A DNA stretch of 63,806 bases, counting the filler, from Collodictyon triciliatum (lineage: Eukaryota): NCBI GenBank assembly GCA_043381765.1. It is 5 parts of 5 records of this genome, joined end to end, with 100 filler letters (N's around TTAATTAATTAA, not from the genome) between each part and the next. Parts side by side here need not be neighbours in the genome. Positions count along the whole stretch, not along the records: positions 1 to 15,425 come from JBHJMP010001676.1; positions 15,526 to 27,626 come from JBHJMP010001677.1; 3 more parts are not named here. One strand, given 5' to 3'. Made by a program: the position numbers and the translations under genes. Below the pieces are notes generated by a model, which had not been told where the DNA came from, made no database searches, and was given only the letters and a program-made list of their open reading frames with translations. Below, one piece after another: positions 1 through 16,100 of this stretch. The number at the start of each line of letters is the position of its first letter. Within the stretch, counting starts at the first letter, position 1.

Positions 1-175
1 AGAGAAGAAGAGAGAAGAAGAGAGAAGAAGAGAGAAGAAGAGAGAAGAAGAGAGAAGAAGAGAGAAGAAGAGAGAAGAAGAGAGAAGAAGAGAGAAGAAA
101 AAAAAAAGGAAACCAATAATTTTGAAACTCACGCATTTAGAAAATCTATGACTAGCAATTCCTTTTTATTTTCGC

Positions 176-3200
<3,025 letters not shown>

Positions 3201-3791
3201 TTCTGAAAAGTATCCTTTTTTTTTCTGCAGTCAGCCTGTTGCTGCAGTCCAGACAGGCTTTTACATATATATCAGAGTAGCGTTTGTGATTTATTATTAC
3301 ATGGAAAGTCGGGTGCTGCTTGATGCCTCCTTTCTTGACTGACAATTTTTGTGTTTGCTCTTCATTAGTATGTTACATGTTAACAAATGCGAGGTCTCAA
3401 AACAACAGTCTATGCAAGCCGGATAAAATGCGTCATGCGGAAGATTATTTTTTTTTTTAATATTTCCAACACTATTTCACATCCTTATTGCATGGAATAA
3501 ATTCAGGAATGCGGGTATATCCAACAATCTTCCTTGGCTTTGTCATAACACGATTAATCATTTTTTATCTTCTCATAAAGGCAACCGATGGAGGAACCAC
3601 AACGATAACACTACAGCACACATTCACACATAAAAAAACGTACCAACTATATCTGTATTTTAAACTGACCTTTGTAAAGAGGGCTCTGAAGATATTGGCA
3701 ATATATCCTGGTTTTCAATTGCAGTTCATCATATATTTATTAGAGTTATGTCATGATTATTCGTCAAAATAAGGAAAGATCATGCGCAAAG

Positions 3792-5686
3792 TCAGGTACT
3801 AGGTTTCCTAATTACCCAATAAGCGATATAGAGCGTCATCAAGGTAGGAATGAGACAAGTTGCCCAATTCACTACGCTTTTATCATTCAAGCAGCCAACA
3901 GGTACTGCCTCGTTTAAGTTCATATAGTCTCTGCTATCGAATATCACAGGGGCCCAAAGCGTACGAATCTGAGGTTTCTCGTCTGTGTTCTCATCCTCGC
4001 ATTGAAGAAATACAGATGGAAAGAAAAATGTTACGTTTGCATAACAAAAGTCTGAACTGCTGTGGTATCTCCAACGAGCCGGAAAATGCAATTCTTCCTC
4101 CAAGCGTGTGGGCCTTACATTTTTTCATTTTTTTTAAAAAAAATAGGCCACCAAGTCAAGTAAAAATGACAATTCAAAAGACAAATAACAAAACAAAACA
4201 AAACAAAACAAAACAAAACAAAACAAAACAAAACAAAACAAAACAAAACAAAACAAAACAAAACAAAACAAAACAAAACAAAACAAGAAAAGAAGAAAAG
4301 AAGAAAAGAAGAAAAGAAGAAAAGAAGAAAAGAAGAAAAGAAGAAAAGAAGAAAAGAAGAAAAGAAGAAAAGAAGAAAAGAAAATAATCAGTTATCCCAA
4401 AACATACATCGACTCGATTGTCTTTGATAATAAAAGGATGTCCCCTGAGGCCTTATCCATCGGGTTTTCGCCAAGCATGTCACGGAAGAGCGTTGCTGAG
4501 TTTTGCAATCATCAAAACACAGCTCACATTAAATATTGAAATCTGTATTTTAGAATAAGCACTAATCCTGTTTAAGAAAAAAAGAAAAGAAGGGGAAACA
4601 CGTAACGTTAATGAGATCGAAGAACCTTGAATCACATCATTATGGCCATAATATTTTTCAAGGTCCATTATTTCGACATAGTACGACGGAGACAAGGGTT
4701 GAACAACCAACATAACACATTTCTTCTGCATGAGCGAGCTCGGAAGATGAAGGCTCAAAAAATGCACAACTCTCTTGTGGAAACCTTTTCCGATGATTTT
4801 GACCGAAATGTTGCCCTTAATAGCGTCTCTGTCATTGTGGAACGTTCTTTGATGCTTGTTTGTCATTCTCAAAGAGTGTTCTGGTACTTGAACCCAAAAA
4901 TCTTGTCCTTCGATGAAAGTAGTTCTGTTCTATTTTTGATCAAATAAGTTAAGCATTCGCGTTTATTTGATTTCTCGAGAGGTTTTGTTTTTTCATGTAA
5001 AAATTTCTGCATGAGATACACGAACCTGATTAGTTTTAATCCTGGCGTGAGAAAAAATCGGAGGTGGATAAGCCGAGTATCCGTTCATCGCATCTAAAAA
5101 ACTTGCATATGGATGTATATCGGCATCTTTTATCCAAAACAAATTTGATTCGCTCATCTTCGATTGCAAGGATTTCATTAATCCTAATTTAAATCCAACA
5201 TCGAATAAGAGGCTTAGCTCTTCACTGATTTGGCCTATGCGCGGTGCGTGCAAATACTCAGCAACAGACGCGGGCAGGGAAAATGGAGGATGTCTCACAA
5301 CTGTCTCCGAGCATAAAGCACATGTAAAATACCTGGTCCATGCATCACGACTTGATTCTGACGAGAAGAAGCTCTCTAAGCCTGTCGAGTTCGATGGGGC
5401 ATGTTTGAATCGTATTTGTAATCCGCAAAATATGCCTTCGTTAGTGATAAATGGGACTAATATTATGAGCGGATTTCTACAATCGGCCCACACGACAGAC
5501 CATTCGCCACTAATATCGGTTTCTACATTTTCATCCTGATAATAAAACACGAAAGTATTTTAATTTTATTATGAATTAATACAAAGTTTTCATATTCAAA
5601 TCATCACACTTGGATGTTCGGGTCAGTTCAGTTATATCGACACTGGGATATCATTATTCAAAGACTGGTAATGAATGGCGTTGCAT
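3792..5686 (-). CDS. PIGX: GPI mannosyltransferase I subunit PIG-X/Pbn1-like, about 4-5 exons; start uncertain
   Basis: Exons encode GKGFHKRVVHFL...CVMLVVQPLSPSYYVEIMDL, LHFPARWRYH...PSVFLQC and VPVG...C-terminal TM helix (WATCLIPTLMTLYIAYWVI)-RKPST*. This matches the remembered PIG-X/PBN1 motif order (GFH, C-x-L, P-x-H-x-RY, PVG, TM). Confidence 0.7.
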
Positions 5687-8600
5687 TCAATCACAACCCG
5701 AAAATGAATGCTCTCCGTATAAGCGCAAAAGAAAAAAAGAATGAAGAGAATAAAATAGGAGAAAAGAGATGTAAGAAAAAGATGTAAGAAATGAGAAATG
5801 AGAAATGAGAAATGAGAAATGAGAAATGAGAAATATGAAATGAGATATGAGAAATGAGAAATATGAAATAAGAAAATAAGAAAAGAGAAAAAAATAGAAA
5901 CAAAAAAAAAGAGAGAAAAAAATAAGAAAAAAGAGAAAAAGAGAAACAAAAGAGAAACAAAAAAGAGATAAAAAAAGAGATAAAAAAGANNNNNNNNNNN
6001 NNNNNNNNNNNNNNNNNNNNNNNNNNNNNNNNNNNNNNNNNNNNNNNNNNNNNNNNNNGAGATAAAAAAAGAGATAAAACCTTCGATTTGATGACATCCA
6101 TTAGAGATAGATAGTCCTCAGACCATTTATCGGCCTCCTTTTCTGTCAGTCGTTCATATTCGCGGTCAATATCCACGTTGAGAGTCGCTGGACGAGGACG
6201 AGGATAATGAACAATCGTAAAAAGGAGGCGAACATCGAAGAACATCTGCGTAAATGAATCATTGTCCAGGCTGGCTGAATTATCAAGCGAAAAGATATAT
6301 TCAGTCATTTTCTTCAGGAGCCCAACAGCAAGTGTCCTTTTCAAGGAGATGATTATGGTCTACATAAGAATGGTATTGGATTAAAAAAGTAGAAAAGAGA
6401 TAGCCAATGCTATAAATTGCAAAGCCTACAAAAAGTAGCATCATGGAAATAATTGTGAATAATTTCTTAAAACGTAGCCATGTGAAGAAAAATTGAAAAA
6501 AGAGACAGGCAAAACGATAATGTATTGAAATCCATTTTATCATACTTTGTCAATTGTGTGCCCGCCACCAGAGAGAATCTCCTGTTTGTTTAATCGCCAT
6601 GTTCGAAATCAGAATTTTGAAATGGTACCAGGGATTACAACGGAAATCTGCAAAGAAAGAGGGGGAAACACACCACTTACTTGGCAAATGTTGAAAATGA
6701 AATTGGTGATAAATGGTGACGCTTGTGCGGGTAGAAGGACTTTGTCAGAGGAATCAGGCGATTCAGAATCACCGATGACCATTTCTACAAATCGAGATAT
6801 ATTTTTTTCTTTGTTAATATGTTGTTAACTGTAAGCTAAAACGTCGAATAAAGGCTGAATAAAAATTTTACGCAGAGATGGGTTGTTGACGCAAACTGTT
6901 GAAAATCACACTCAATTGATGAGATTTGAATAATAATTGTGCACCTTCCCACATGCGATACTTGGAGAAGGTCTTCCAACCCCCAACCTTGAGTTCTGCT
7001 TCGAGACTTTTTTCGACGTATTGGTAGGTTGCCTGTATCCAGGAGTCGTGCGCAGACAGGTATATCGACCGAAATGAATTTAATATGTGCAAATAGTTTG
7101 CATCCAGAGTGGTTGATGGTCCTAAGGGAATGCACAGTAAGATGAGCATCGAATTTACTGATTAAAAAGATATATTAGATGATATCTATCATAAGATGAG
7201 CATCGAATACATATACAACCTTTCTTTCGTGCCGTCTTCTTATTTGTAGTTGCCGTTCTTCGTTTTCATTGATTATTTTTAATTTTGAATCATATTAACA
7301 GTCATAGAACAAGTCGTACGCAAAATTCAACAATTCTCTCCATCTTAAAATATATATTGATGATACTTACTTAAGAATTTGACCCCCTTGCATGTAAAAT
7401 ATGCGAGAAATAATGTCACATCGTATAGGAATAAGTTTGGCCAACCTCCCAATAAAAAGGATTTTCGCCATGGTATTTTCTTTTTCTGATTGTTTTTATC
7501 TTAGTCACAAGTTTTCTCTCTCGGTATCCTCGTGGTAATCAAATTCAGTGTATAAAAAAGTGGTGTCTATTCATTATCTCAAACGAACACACACGGCAGC
7601 AATTAAAAAGAACCTGTTGGTGTCGATGATGGCATCGTCGATTTTAAATCGTCGATAGTGGATTTCAGCTGCCCTGATAATGTTATTAACGCCACCAACA
7701 CCGCATCCTGGTACTGTGCTTGCAGGCTCAGCTTCTTGGAACTAGTTAGAGAATATGAGTTAATTATAGAAAAGAAAAGAAAAGAAAAGAAAAGAAAAGA
7801 AAAGAAAAGAAAAGAAAAGAAAAGAAAAGAAAAAGAAAAGAGAAAGAAAAGAGAAGAAAAGAAAAGAAAAAAGAAAAGAAAAAAAAGAAAAAAAAGAAAA
7901 GAAAAAAAGAAAAGAAAAAAAAGAAAAAAGAAAAAAGAAAAAAGAAAAAAGAAAAAAGAAAAAGAAAAAGAAAAAAGAAAAAGAAAAAGAAAAAGAGAAA
8001 GAAAAAGAGAAAGAAAAAAGAAAAAGAAAAAGAAAAAAGAAAAAGAAAAAAGAAAAAAGAAAAAAGAAAAAAGAAAAAGAAAAAAGAAAAAGAAAAAGAA
8101 AAAGAAAAAGAAAAAGAAAAAGAAAAAGAAAAAGAAAAAGAAAAAGAAAAAGAAAAAGAAAAGAAAGGGAACAGAGGAAATAAAATTGTAGTGAGGCAAA
8201 ACCTTTCAAATAATTGTTCAGCCTCTAGTGACAAAAGAGGCTGCATGTCGTCGCACAAATCCCTTAAGAAATCCTCGATGTAAGCGCATACAGCAGAAAG
8301 ATTCTCTGTACATCCTTGAGATTTACAATGAAGATCTACATCCGATATAGTCTCTTTGCTCCTTGACTCATTCCAAATCAGAGAGCCGAGGGTAACATCT
8401 AGATTCGGGCGTTGGTGACTTTGTTTAACCAATGTGAGTCAGTTCATTACATATGCGATGTATTAATTGGTTACTCTTTTTCGTGTGGGCATCTATATCC
8501 TTGAATTCAGCCTGAATAAAATCCTTTCAAATATACATATAAGTTTAAAAATCAAATGCAAGAGAGAGGGAAAGTAATCAGCAACACATATAGATATATT

Positions 8601-11113
8601 ATATTAGGTAATCATAAGCATAGGATTTATTAGTTTACCAAACAATTTAGTTTTGAAAGTCTTTCCTTCATGATTTCCAGCGCCCTTTCGATGAACGGCT
8701 GCTTTAGGTAACCACTCCATATACTCAAAGTTTGACCGAACATCAACTCGCTCATCTGCAGATAAAACAATAAGCTTCTTTGCACTTGATTCTAAATAAC
8801 CTAGTTCCGTATCTTTTGTTTACAGATTTTTTTTTATGTTGAAATGTATTTTATAGGTGTGAGTCTTTCATGATGCGGTGACTTTAACTGCAAACCTCTT
8901 TCCATGCGGGTGGGTTGGTCAGTGATTTGCTATTTATTTACAGAATGACACAGTATTATTATTTTTATAAAAAATTATATTATATATCAATCGCTTGTAC
9001 GATAGATACGACTTATAGCCGAGGAAATACAACCTCATGAATGCAGTGTCCACAGGGGATGCTATTTTCTCAAGAAGCTGAGAGCCGATGGATGCAAGTT
9101 CAGACCCACGCGTCACCTTCTGCGAAAGCAAAGGAAAAGCTCCTGCAAGCGAGTGCATCACAGCAACAGCCCATTCATATGATAGACGACCAAGAGTCTG
9201 GAAGTCGAGTGACTGCAAACAAGTCGAAAAGGACGCGGGCAGGCTTGAAAGTTTTGGGCGGTGGACTTGAATAACATTTGCTATGTTTTTGTTTCCAGCC
9301 CACCGTTTCGTGGGTCCATCTTTTGTGAATGAGTACGGTTGCGAATGAAGAATCGAGTGAATCAATGCGGTGAACAATGGCTCGCTTGAAGTGCTCCAAG
9401 GGATGTTTGAAAAGAGAATGGTGGCCTCGTATATAGAGAAATGGACCATGTTGATGGCTTTGGAAAGAATGTTCACAACGACGCTTTGACCTGGGCTGGT
9501 TGAGAGCGTGGATGATTCTTTGCTCGACTGCAGTATTGTTTCCACAGAGACTTTACGAAGCGCAAAAAATTCAGAGACAGCATCAATATTGCTACGTCCT
9601 TCCAGAAGTGCCATGGCTCCCAAGGAGTCTGCATAATCCTAGAGTAATGAAGCGTATATTTTTACAAATAATAGTCTTTATTTCTTTTTTCTTTTCAATT
9701 AGAAAGTGGAAATAATTGAGGCCAGGTATACTCGAATGAGAGCGAATAGCTGAAGGTTAGTGCATATGTGTGTATTCGAATTCACGGATTTAACCTCTGT
9801 CAAAATACCAGGGACGTATATTCTGTTTCGAGCAGCATTGAGTATTTGGTTTTTGAACTCGAGGATAGACTTTGATTGTTGCATAACAAAGGTAAAGTTT
9901 GCCTATTTTTTTTTTTTGTAAGGACACTTCAGTTGTTCTTTTGTTGTGCTGTTACAAATTGAATCAAAGAAATCTAACAAGAACATCAACAACTAGAAGC
10001 AATTATAAGGGAAATACATCAAGCTCAAGTAAAAGGCAGAAATATTATAATCAATTACTAATATTGTTCTCCCTTGCGTGTTGCTTGGATTTGAAAGGTC
10101 AGATGAGAGAGACGTGGCCACCAAGTATATGAACGCTGCGTCGGTGTAGTGCTGGCTTTCAAGAGCCATCCATATCTGTGATAGAAAAACGCAGATACTT
10201 GATAATGATGAGAATGAAAAAAATGCAGAAAATAAAAAATAAGATTAAGAAAATGAAGATAAGAAAAAAAATAAAACGAATGAATCTCAAACAACCTGCT
10301 CGCGTGTGTCAACAATAAATTTGACCAAAGCCCCTGCACTGTGCCACTGTCTGTACCTTTCTCTATCTTTAAGCACCGTACGAATAATCAGACTCTCAAT
10401 CAATCGATAGTCCAGCAAATGATAACTCCAAGGTAGATTTCAACATTACGATAATGCGATACACAGGACAGGTATTTAGGAAACTATCGATAAAATGGTC
10501 GTTTGTTTTTCTTTTAATAAAGAAAGAAAAAAAGATAAAGAATGAAAAACGCGGTAAATGATAACCAAAAAATAAAGTAGTGTCTGTTGTGGAGAAAAGA
10601 GACCTGCACGTGCTTTCGGTGTGACACTTTTCCCGCCATGCTCGATCTTGCTTGAGATAACACTCGATATCTTGTGAAAGTGAGAGACGACATTTTGTGC
10701 TGTTTGTCCCATCATAATGATAGTGTCAGCAGAGTCCAAGATTCGCGGCATTTTCCTCTGCAGTATTCCACGAGATTAGATGAAAGATAATAATAATAAT
10801 AACAATAAGAATTTTAAATCAGGCTTCCATGAATAAAATGCAAATAAAAGAAACGCGAATGGATATGTCGTCATATTCATGGAATGATCCACATCATCAA
10901 CGGGCACAAACAATCAAAATATACAAACCCAACCAGAGCCCGAAGTTCAGTCTTTTTTGTTTCCACATCATCCCTGAGTTTATATTATGAGAAAAAGAGA
11001 AAAGTAATTTTCGAATCAAATACAAGATAAATGTAAGAATACCGCGTCTTTCTTTCTATCTCCTTCAACTGCTCCACGGAGTTTATCCTGAAGAGTGCGT
11101 CAGATTCGTCCAT
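5523..11113 (-). CDS. COG1: Conserved oligomeric Golgi complex subunit 1 (Vps51/Cog1 N-terminal domain), many exons; 3' end at 5691 or 5523
   Basis: N-terminus MDESDALFRINSVEQLKEIERKTR...ILDSADTIIMM; ALVKFIVDTREQ|IWMALESQHY (cf. Cog1 'K.LVDTPE.IW..L'); GAMALLEG...FFALRK; C-terminal QMFFDVRLL and AFIFG. Confidence 0.8.
7770..8165 (+). repeat. (AAAAG)n-type purine tract in a COG1 intron
   Basis: Directly visible. Other microsatellites lie at 1-98, 1013-1118, 2971-3160, 4190-4385, 5790-5860, 15328-15425, 16670-16870, 17150-17290, 24090-24160, 24504-24603, 29245-29390, 29677-29760, 37580-37686, 44912-45025, 48505-48610, 49783-49864, 50590-50730, 52100-52193, 55640-55740 and 58485-58620. Confidence 0.95.
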
Positions 11114-11179
11114 TATAATACTACTAAATAAAGAAACATATTGAAAGAATAAAAAAACCGTAAACCCCCACAAAAAAAA

Positions 11180-11410
11180 CAAAAACCATAAAAACCATAA
11201 AAACCATAAAAACCATAAAAACCATAAAAACCATAAAAACCATAAAAACCATAAAAACCATAAAAACCATAAAAACCATAAAAACCATAAAAACCATAAA
11301 AACCATAAAAACCATAAAAACCATAAAACCATAAAAACCATAAAAAACCATAAAAACCATAAAAAACCATAAAAAACCATAAAAAACCATAAAAACCATA
11401 AAAAACCATA
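11180..11410 (+). repeat. (AAAAACCAT)n 9-mer minisatellite immediately upstream of the COG1 start
   Basis: Directly visible tandem array. Confidence 0.95.
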
Positions 11411-11506
11411 AATAGCATTAAAAAAAAAAAGGAATAATACAAATCGACTCTGCGCGCATGAGGCGAAGCAGAATGCCACAGGATCAGGAATGTGATTCGC
11501 ACAAGA

Positions 11507-14500
11507 TCAGACGATCACAAATGATGCAATACACCGAAAATAGTTAAAATATGTCGAGTAAAAAATATAATACACCATATAGTTTATGCAATACTTTAGG
11601 TATGGTATCATCGCTGCACTTCCGCTGTTTTGTTTTCGCTGGTCACATTGGCTTCTCTTTTCGCTTCTTATCTTCTGTGCTCTTTTCCTTTCCTTTCTTT
11701 CCATCAACAATCGTCGCGCGGCTTTCATTTCAGATGCCGGGCTCACTTTCTACGAGAGGGTGTGGTTGCACGAGAGTGAAAAGCAATATCCTTCTTCAAA
11801 GAGGCGCGCACCTGTCAGTGATGTGGATTGCATATTTCAGATGGCGTACTTTTCTTGACACACTGAGCCAAAAGGATGAAAAAACAAGAACCATGATGAA
11901 TCAACCAATAAATCAGTAATAAATCAAGAAATAATCACATACAGTATTGGATTCAACCCTTCGATATGCTTCGGAGAAGGCGATTTCGTTTGGACTAATT
12001 TTACTCTTCTGCATGGCACAAAGAGGTTTGTGTAATCGCAGATATAAGAGATGTGAATGAGGTTTTATTTTCAAGATAAAAATGGGTGGCGGTATGAAAC
12101 GATAAATTATTTGATAAACGAAACCTCGATATTTTCCTTTTCCTGTACTTCTGCCTTTCGAGCAGCTGCGTATATGTCTTCTCTCCAGGACTCAAAGCAG
12201 CTGATAAGGTTTTGGCGAACCTCGTGGACTTGTTCCGAGAGTTCGTCGCTTTAATGGTACACAAAAGTAAAAAAAAAAATATGTCAGCTCATCAGTCACT
12301 CAGCAAAGCAGCTGCGACTTCTTTTCATTCAGCAGTCATGTATTTGCTTTCTTAAATGAACCTTTCCAATCCAAGCTGCTCAATATTTTCCTCCACATCC
12401 CTCAATGCGTTTTTGTGCTTGTTGAGGCTAAGGGCCAAGGATGTCCTTTCGTCTGATGAATTTGTTTGAGTTTTTTTTTTTTAAAAAAAAAAGCGCGCTT
12501 AATAATTTCTCCTTATTCCTAATAGCTTCAACAGATACTTTCACTATGTCGTTTTCGAAGAGGTTCATAAATTAAGAAAATTTAAAAGTACCTGGCGAAA
12601 GTCCATAACTTAACGCAACCCTCTTTTCTTCGATTCTTTCAGCAATTTGATTTCGGCGATAATCCCACCTGGACAGCAAAGCATCATAACCTTTCAGCAT
12701 CCTCTTCTTTTCCTTCAAAGAGGTATTCAGGGACTTTCCAGTCTCTGTCCTAGCTTTGAATATTTCAAACAAGCGGTCTTCGGAAAGCTTAAATAGGCCA
12801 TCCGTATCACTTGATGGCAACATGTCAAGGAGCAGTTCATCGGGAACTACTTCACCCAAACGGTCAAACTCAGAGTCGCTAGGTCCACCTTGCATGTTTG
12901 AAACTGCCCTTGAAAGAGGTTCTTGCTTGTCTGGCTGACTGCGGTGATGTGAGGAGTGCTTCGGTAATGGAGAAAGGATTGAGAGTCCAAATGAATTTGG
13001 AAAGTCAATAATCCGAGTTTCTAATGTTTGGAATCGAAGCAGCAGTTGAGAAATATCCTGGGTGGTAACTTCATTCGATTTCCTTGGTGGTAAATTATGC
13101 AGCTTTGGAAGAAGTTCTTTTCCCTCTGCAATCAATTCTCTCCCAACCTGAATCAGCTTTGCTCGGGCTTCCGGTTTCCTGTTCTGCTGCTGAACGAAAC
13201 TCTTCAGGAGAGAAGTCAGATGTTTCACCCATGCATCTACACTTTCTAAAATCCTATCGATGCGAGGATATGCTATGTCGACAGATTTATGTCCGATAGA
13301 GGTGAATTTGGAGCAAATGCGAAAACAAGACAAGGCTTCGTCGAAGGAATGACTTGTATTCAAGCAAGACATTACACAAAAGATTCCAAAAGAGTTCAAA
13401 ACGTCCTTCAAATAATGGCACAGCTTGGATTCACGGAAAAGGCCGTTGACCGAGTGCTCATCGATGCACACAATTGTGCGCTCTAGACTACTCAATGATT
13501 TATTGGCATCTGAAATTCAATATACATTTTTTTTAAAAAAAAAATAGAAACAAACAATTGCTTTTGTTGGCTTAGTATTTCTCGATATTTGTTTTAAAAA
13601 AGGGTTACAATTGATGAAAGTTTGTAAACTATGTTATTTATGAAGCCAAAAGAAAACATAGTATTTATTCAACTGATTATTTTTTTTAAAAATCTAAAAG
13701 ATGGAAGGCGGATGAACAAAATTTCCAAGTCAAAAGAGGATAACGCTTCAAAAGTTGAAAATTATTACATATTTGTGTGCGTTCGTTGGAACCCCTAAGA
13801 GAAGGACATAGGTCGACCAAATGTAATCGCGATTGTTTCCCGTCCTCTCGGTGGAAAGTAAACGTGATTATGAAATGACTTCTGCAGAATAGCATGTGTG
13901 AGCAATGAGGGAATACCATGCGTCATCTTTGTGATGATATTAAATATAAAACAAAGACAGTAACACAAATAGGATAGAATAATACAAACACGTGGTGAGC
14001 GTGTTGGAACAGGTCAGCAGTGTGTCTTTTAGAGTGGGCCACTCCAAAGTCTTCAAGAGAGTCGGCGATATTGGTCGCCTGTTTTACTGTCAAACCGGGA
14101 ACCGATATATCACCTTTAAATGATTAAAAAAAAGTCGAATAAGAAGGCAAATCAAAAATATGCAAAATATTCGATAAAAACAATGTCCTTAATGCGATAA
14201 TGATTTTATAATCAGGTATGTTTAATGATACTTTGAAGCAAAAATTAGCTTCATAAATTAAACTAATATGATATGAAAATTGCCTGATCTTTCTTCAAAT
14301 ATTCGCAACCGAGATGAAGTAAGGCAATCCTTTGTATTCAGTAGGTCTACAATACAGTCTTCGAATACCTCGAGACAATTGCTTTACATTAAGGGAGGTA
14401 TAAAATTGCTATCTTATAATAATAAAAAAAATATATGATAAACTTCGATTAAGGTTAAAAGTGTGCTGAATCTGTGCTGAATCTGTGCTATCATTGAGAA

Positions 14501-15714
14501 ATTATGTGTGCTTATCAGGTAAAGCATCTGCTGCAAGCATCAACAAAGGATATGAATAATCCACTTTAATCTTGTGCTTAATATCACTCCGAAGCAAAAA
14601 TTCGAGTAAGCGGGGGACAATTCCTCTTTCCGTATAATTTGTCTTTGAGCCCATCTTTCATAAAAGGAAACACAACATTTTAGGTGAATTTGTATTCCAA
14701 GGCTTCGAATGAAAGTCGTTCAATAAAATTGTTTGCATAGATCCAGTGGAGGTTTTTTTTAAAAAAAAATAATTCAAGAAAAGAAGAAAAAGAGCAACAG
14801 CAATTAAAAGAAAACACCAACTACATTCATGGATTTATCAATCTTACCAAAGTATGTGTTTTACCAGATTTCGAAGGACCGTAGAGAAACAAAACACCTT
14901 ATAATAGCAAAATGGTTCATAAAGAAGTTAATTGATTTATATTATCAGCCAAATTAAAATGTAGAAGTTTAAGGCTAGCTTCATCTATCACTACATTATG
15001 CACTTCAAGGGGAACTGATATGTGGAAGAGCGAAACAAACGAACTCAATTAAAATGCGAGTAACTTCATCAAGACGACCATGTATTTAATTAATAAGTTT
15101 TGATATTTATCGCACATAATAGCTTAATCACTGTGAGTTAAGCGGCGATATATATATGTATGAAATTGATACCGCTGGACCCATAAATAGTGGACTCAAA
15201 TAACCGATGCAGCGATGCAAAGGTGAATTCTTGGGAAGCATCGTGCAATAGATTTGGTCCCACAAAATGAGACTGTTGCCCGAACGGTGAATGCAGAACC
15301 ACACCCTGTAATAAAGCGAAATGTCCGTGAATAAAAGTGAATAAAAGTGAATAAAAGTGAATAAAAGTGAATAAAAGTGAATAAAAGTGAATAAAAGTGA
15401 ATAAAAGTGAATAAAAGTGAATAAANNNNNNNNNNNNNNNNNNNNNNNNNNNNNNNNNNNNNNNNNNNNTTAATTAATTAANNNNNNNNNNNNNNNNNNN
15501 NNNNNNNNNNNNNNNNNNNNNNNNNTGTTTTTTTGTTTTTTTGTTTTTTTGTTTTTTTGTTTTTTTGTTTTTTTGTTTTTTTGTTCTTTTGTTTTTGGGG
15601 TTCGATTGGACAACATACATTGAATACTCCTTCCTTCGGGTTCGTTGGATCATTCATGGTCGTGTGTCCTGATATTGAAAAGTGCGGAGGACTTTCATGT
15701 TCGCTATTTGACAT
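11507..15714 (-). CDS. Divergent kinesin, kinesin-9 (KIF6/KIF9)-like motor plus coiled-coil tail
   Basis: P-loop exon LYGPSKSGKTHTL (~14848-14898); MGSKTNYTERGIVPR (KIF9-like NY..RGI.PR); RSHFIITF; RLHLVDL; FRESKLCHYLKDVL; long coiled-coil exons at 11600-13300. Confidence 0.8.
15470..15481. other. Artificial scaffold linker TTAATTAATTAA inside N-runs (also 27671-27682, 43179-43190, 58664-58675)
   Basis: The same 12-mer, with stops in all six frames, is centred in four N-gaps. This is an assembly artefact, not biology. Confidence 0.95.
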
Positions 15715-15815
15715 GCTGGTATTAACTGCAGCAGCATCCTACAAAGTTATTGATATAATCTTGTTTGCATGGGCACAACACAGAAGAGAGCGTCGTTGCA
15801 CGTATGCTCTAAAAT

Positions 15816-16100
15816 ATGAGCTCAGAAACAGCCGCGCAGAGAGGAGAACAGAAGAGAACAGAAGAGAACAGAAGAGAACAGAAGCGAACAGAAGAGAACA
15901 GAAGCGAACAGGAGCGAACTCTGTTCGACGAAAATAAACCAGAAGATAAAGAGCTCGAAGCACTTTTCAGAGAGAAGGCAATCATGAAGGAATGGAAGAA
16001 AGATGTTTTCCTTTCCCACCTCAGAAAAGACTTTGTCAGACATGAAAGAGCCACAGAAGCCGGGCCGATCAGCAGAATGCTATTGTATGCGAGATTGTGA
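15816..16100 (+). CDS. Possible short intronless hypothetical protein, divergent from the kinesin
   Basis: 94-codon ATG ORF. The N-terminal third is a (GAAGAGAACA)n repeat; the rest is non-repetitive and helical-looking. No recognisable family. Confidence 0.3.
   Translation: MSSETAAQRGEQKRTEENRREQKRTEENRSEQERTLFDENKPEDKELEALFREKAIMKEWKKDVFLSHLRKDFVRHERATEAGPISRMLLYARL

Noticed and set aside
3210-3230. GTATCCTT U12-type donor consensus
   Set aside because: It is on the strand opposite the local gene, with no supporting plus-strand exons or U12 branch site.
7603-8432. Long poly-F/poly-K/poly-I/poly-N ORFs throughout the ORF track
   Set aside because: They are translations of intronic microsatellites or N-runs.
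11180-11410. Regular arrays as possible CRISPR or telomeric repeats
   Set aside because: They have no unique spacers or cas genes, they are interstitial, and they do not match a telomere-type unit.
15426-15525. TTAATTAATTAA palindrome recurring four times
   Set aside because: It is always centred in N-runs, so it is a scaffolding linker. Adjacency across these gaps and the low-complexity bases at contig edges should be treated cautiously.
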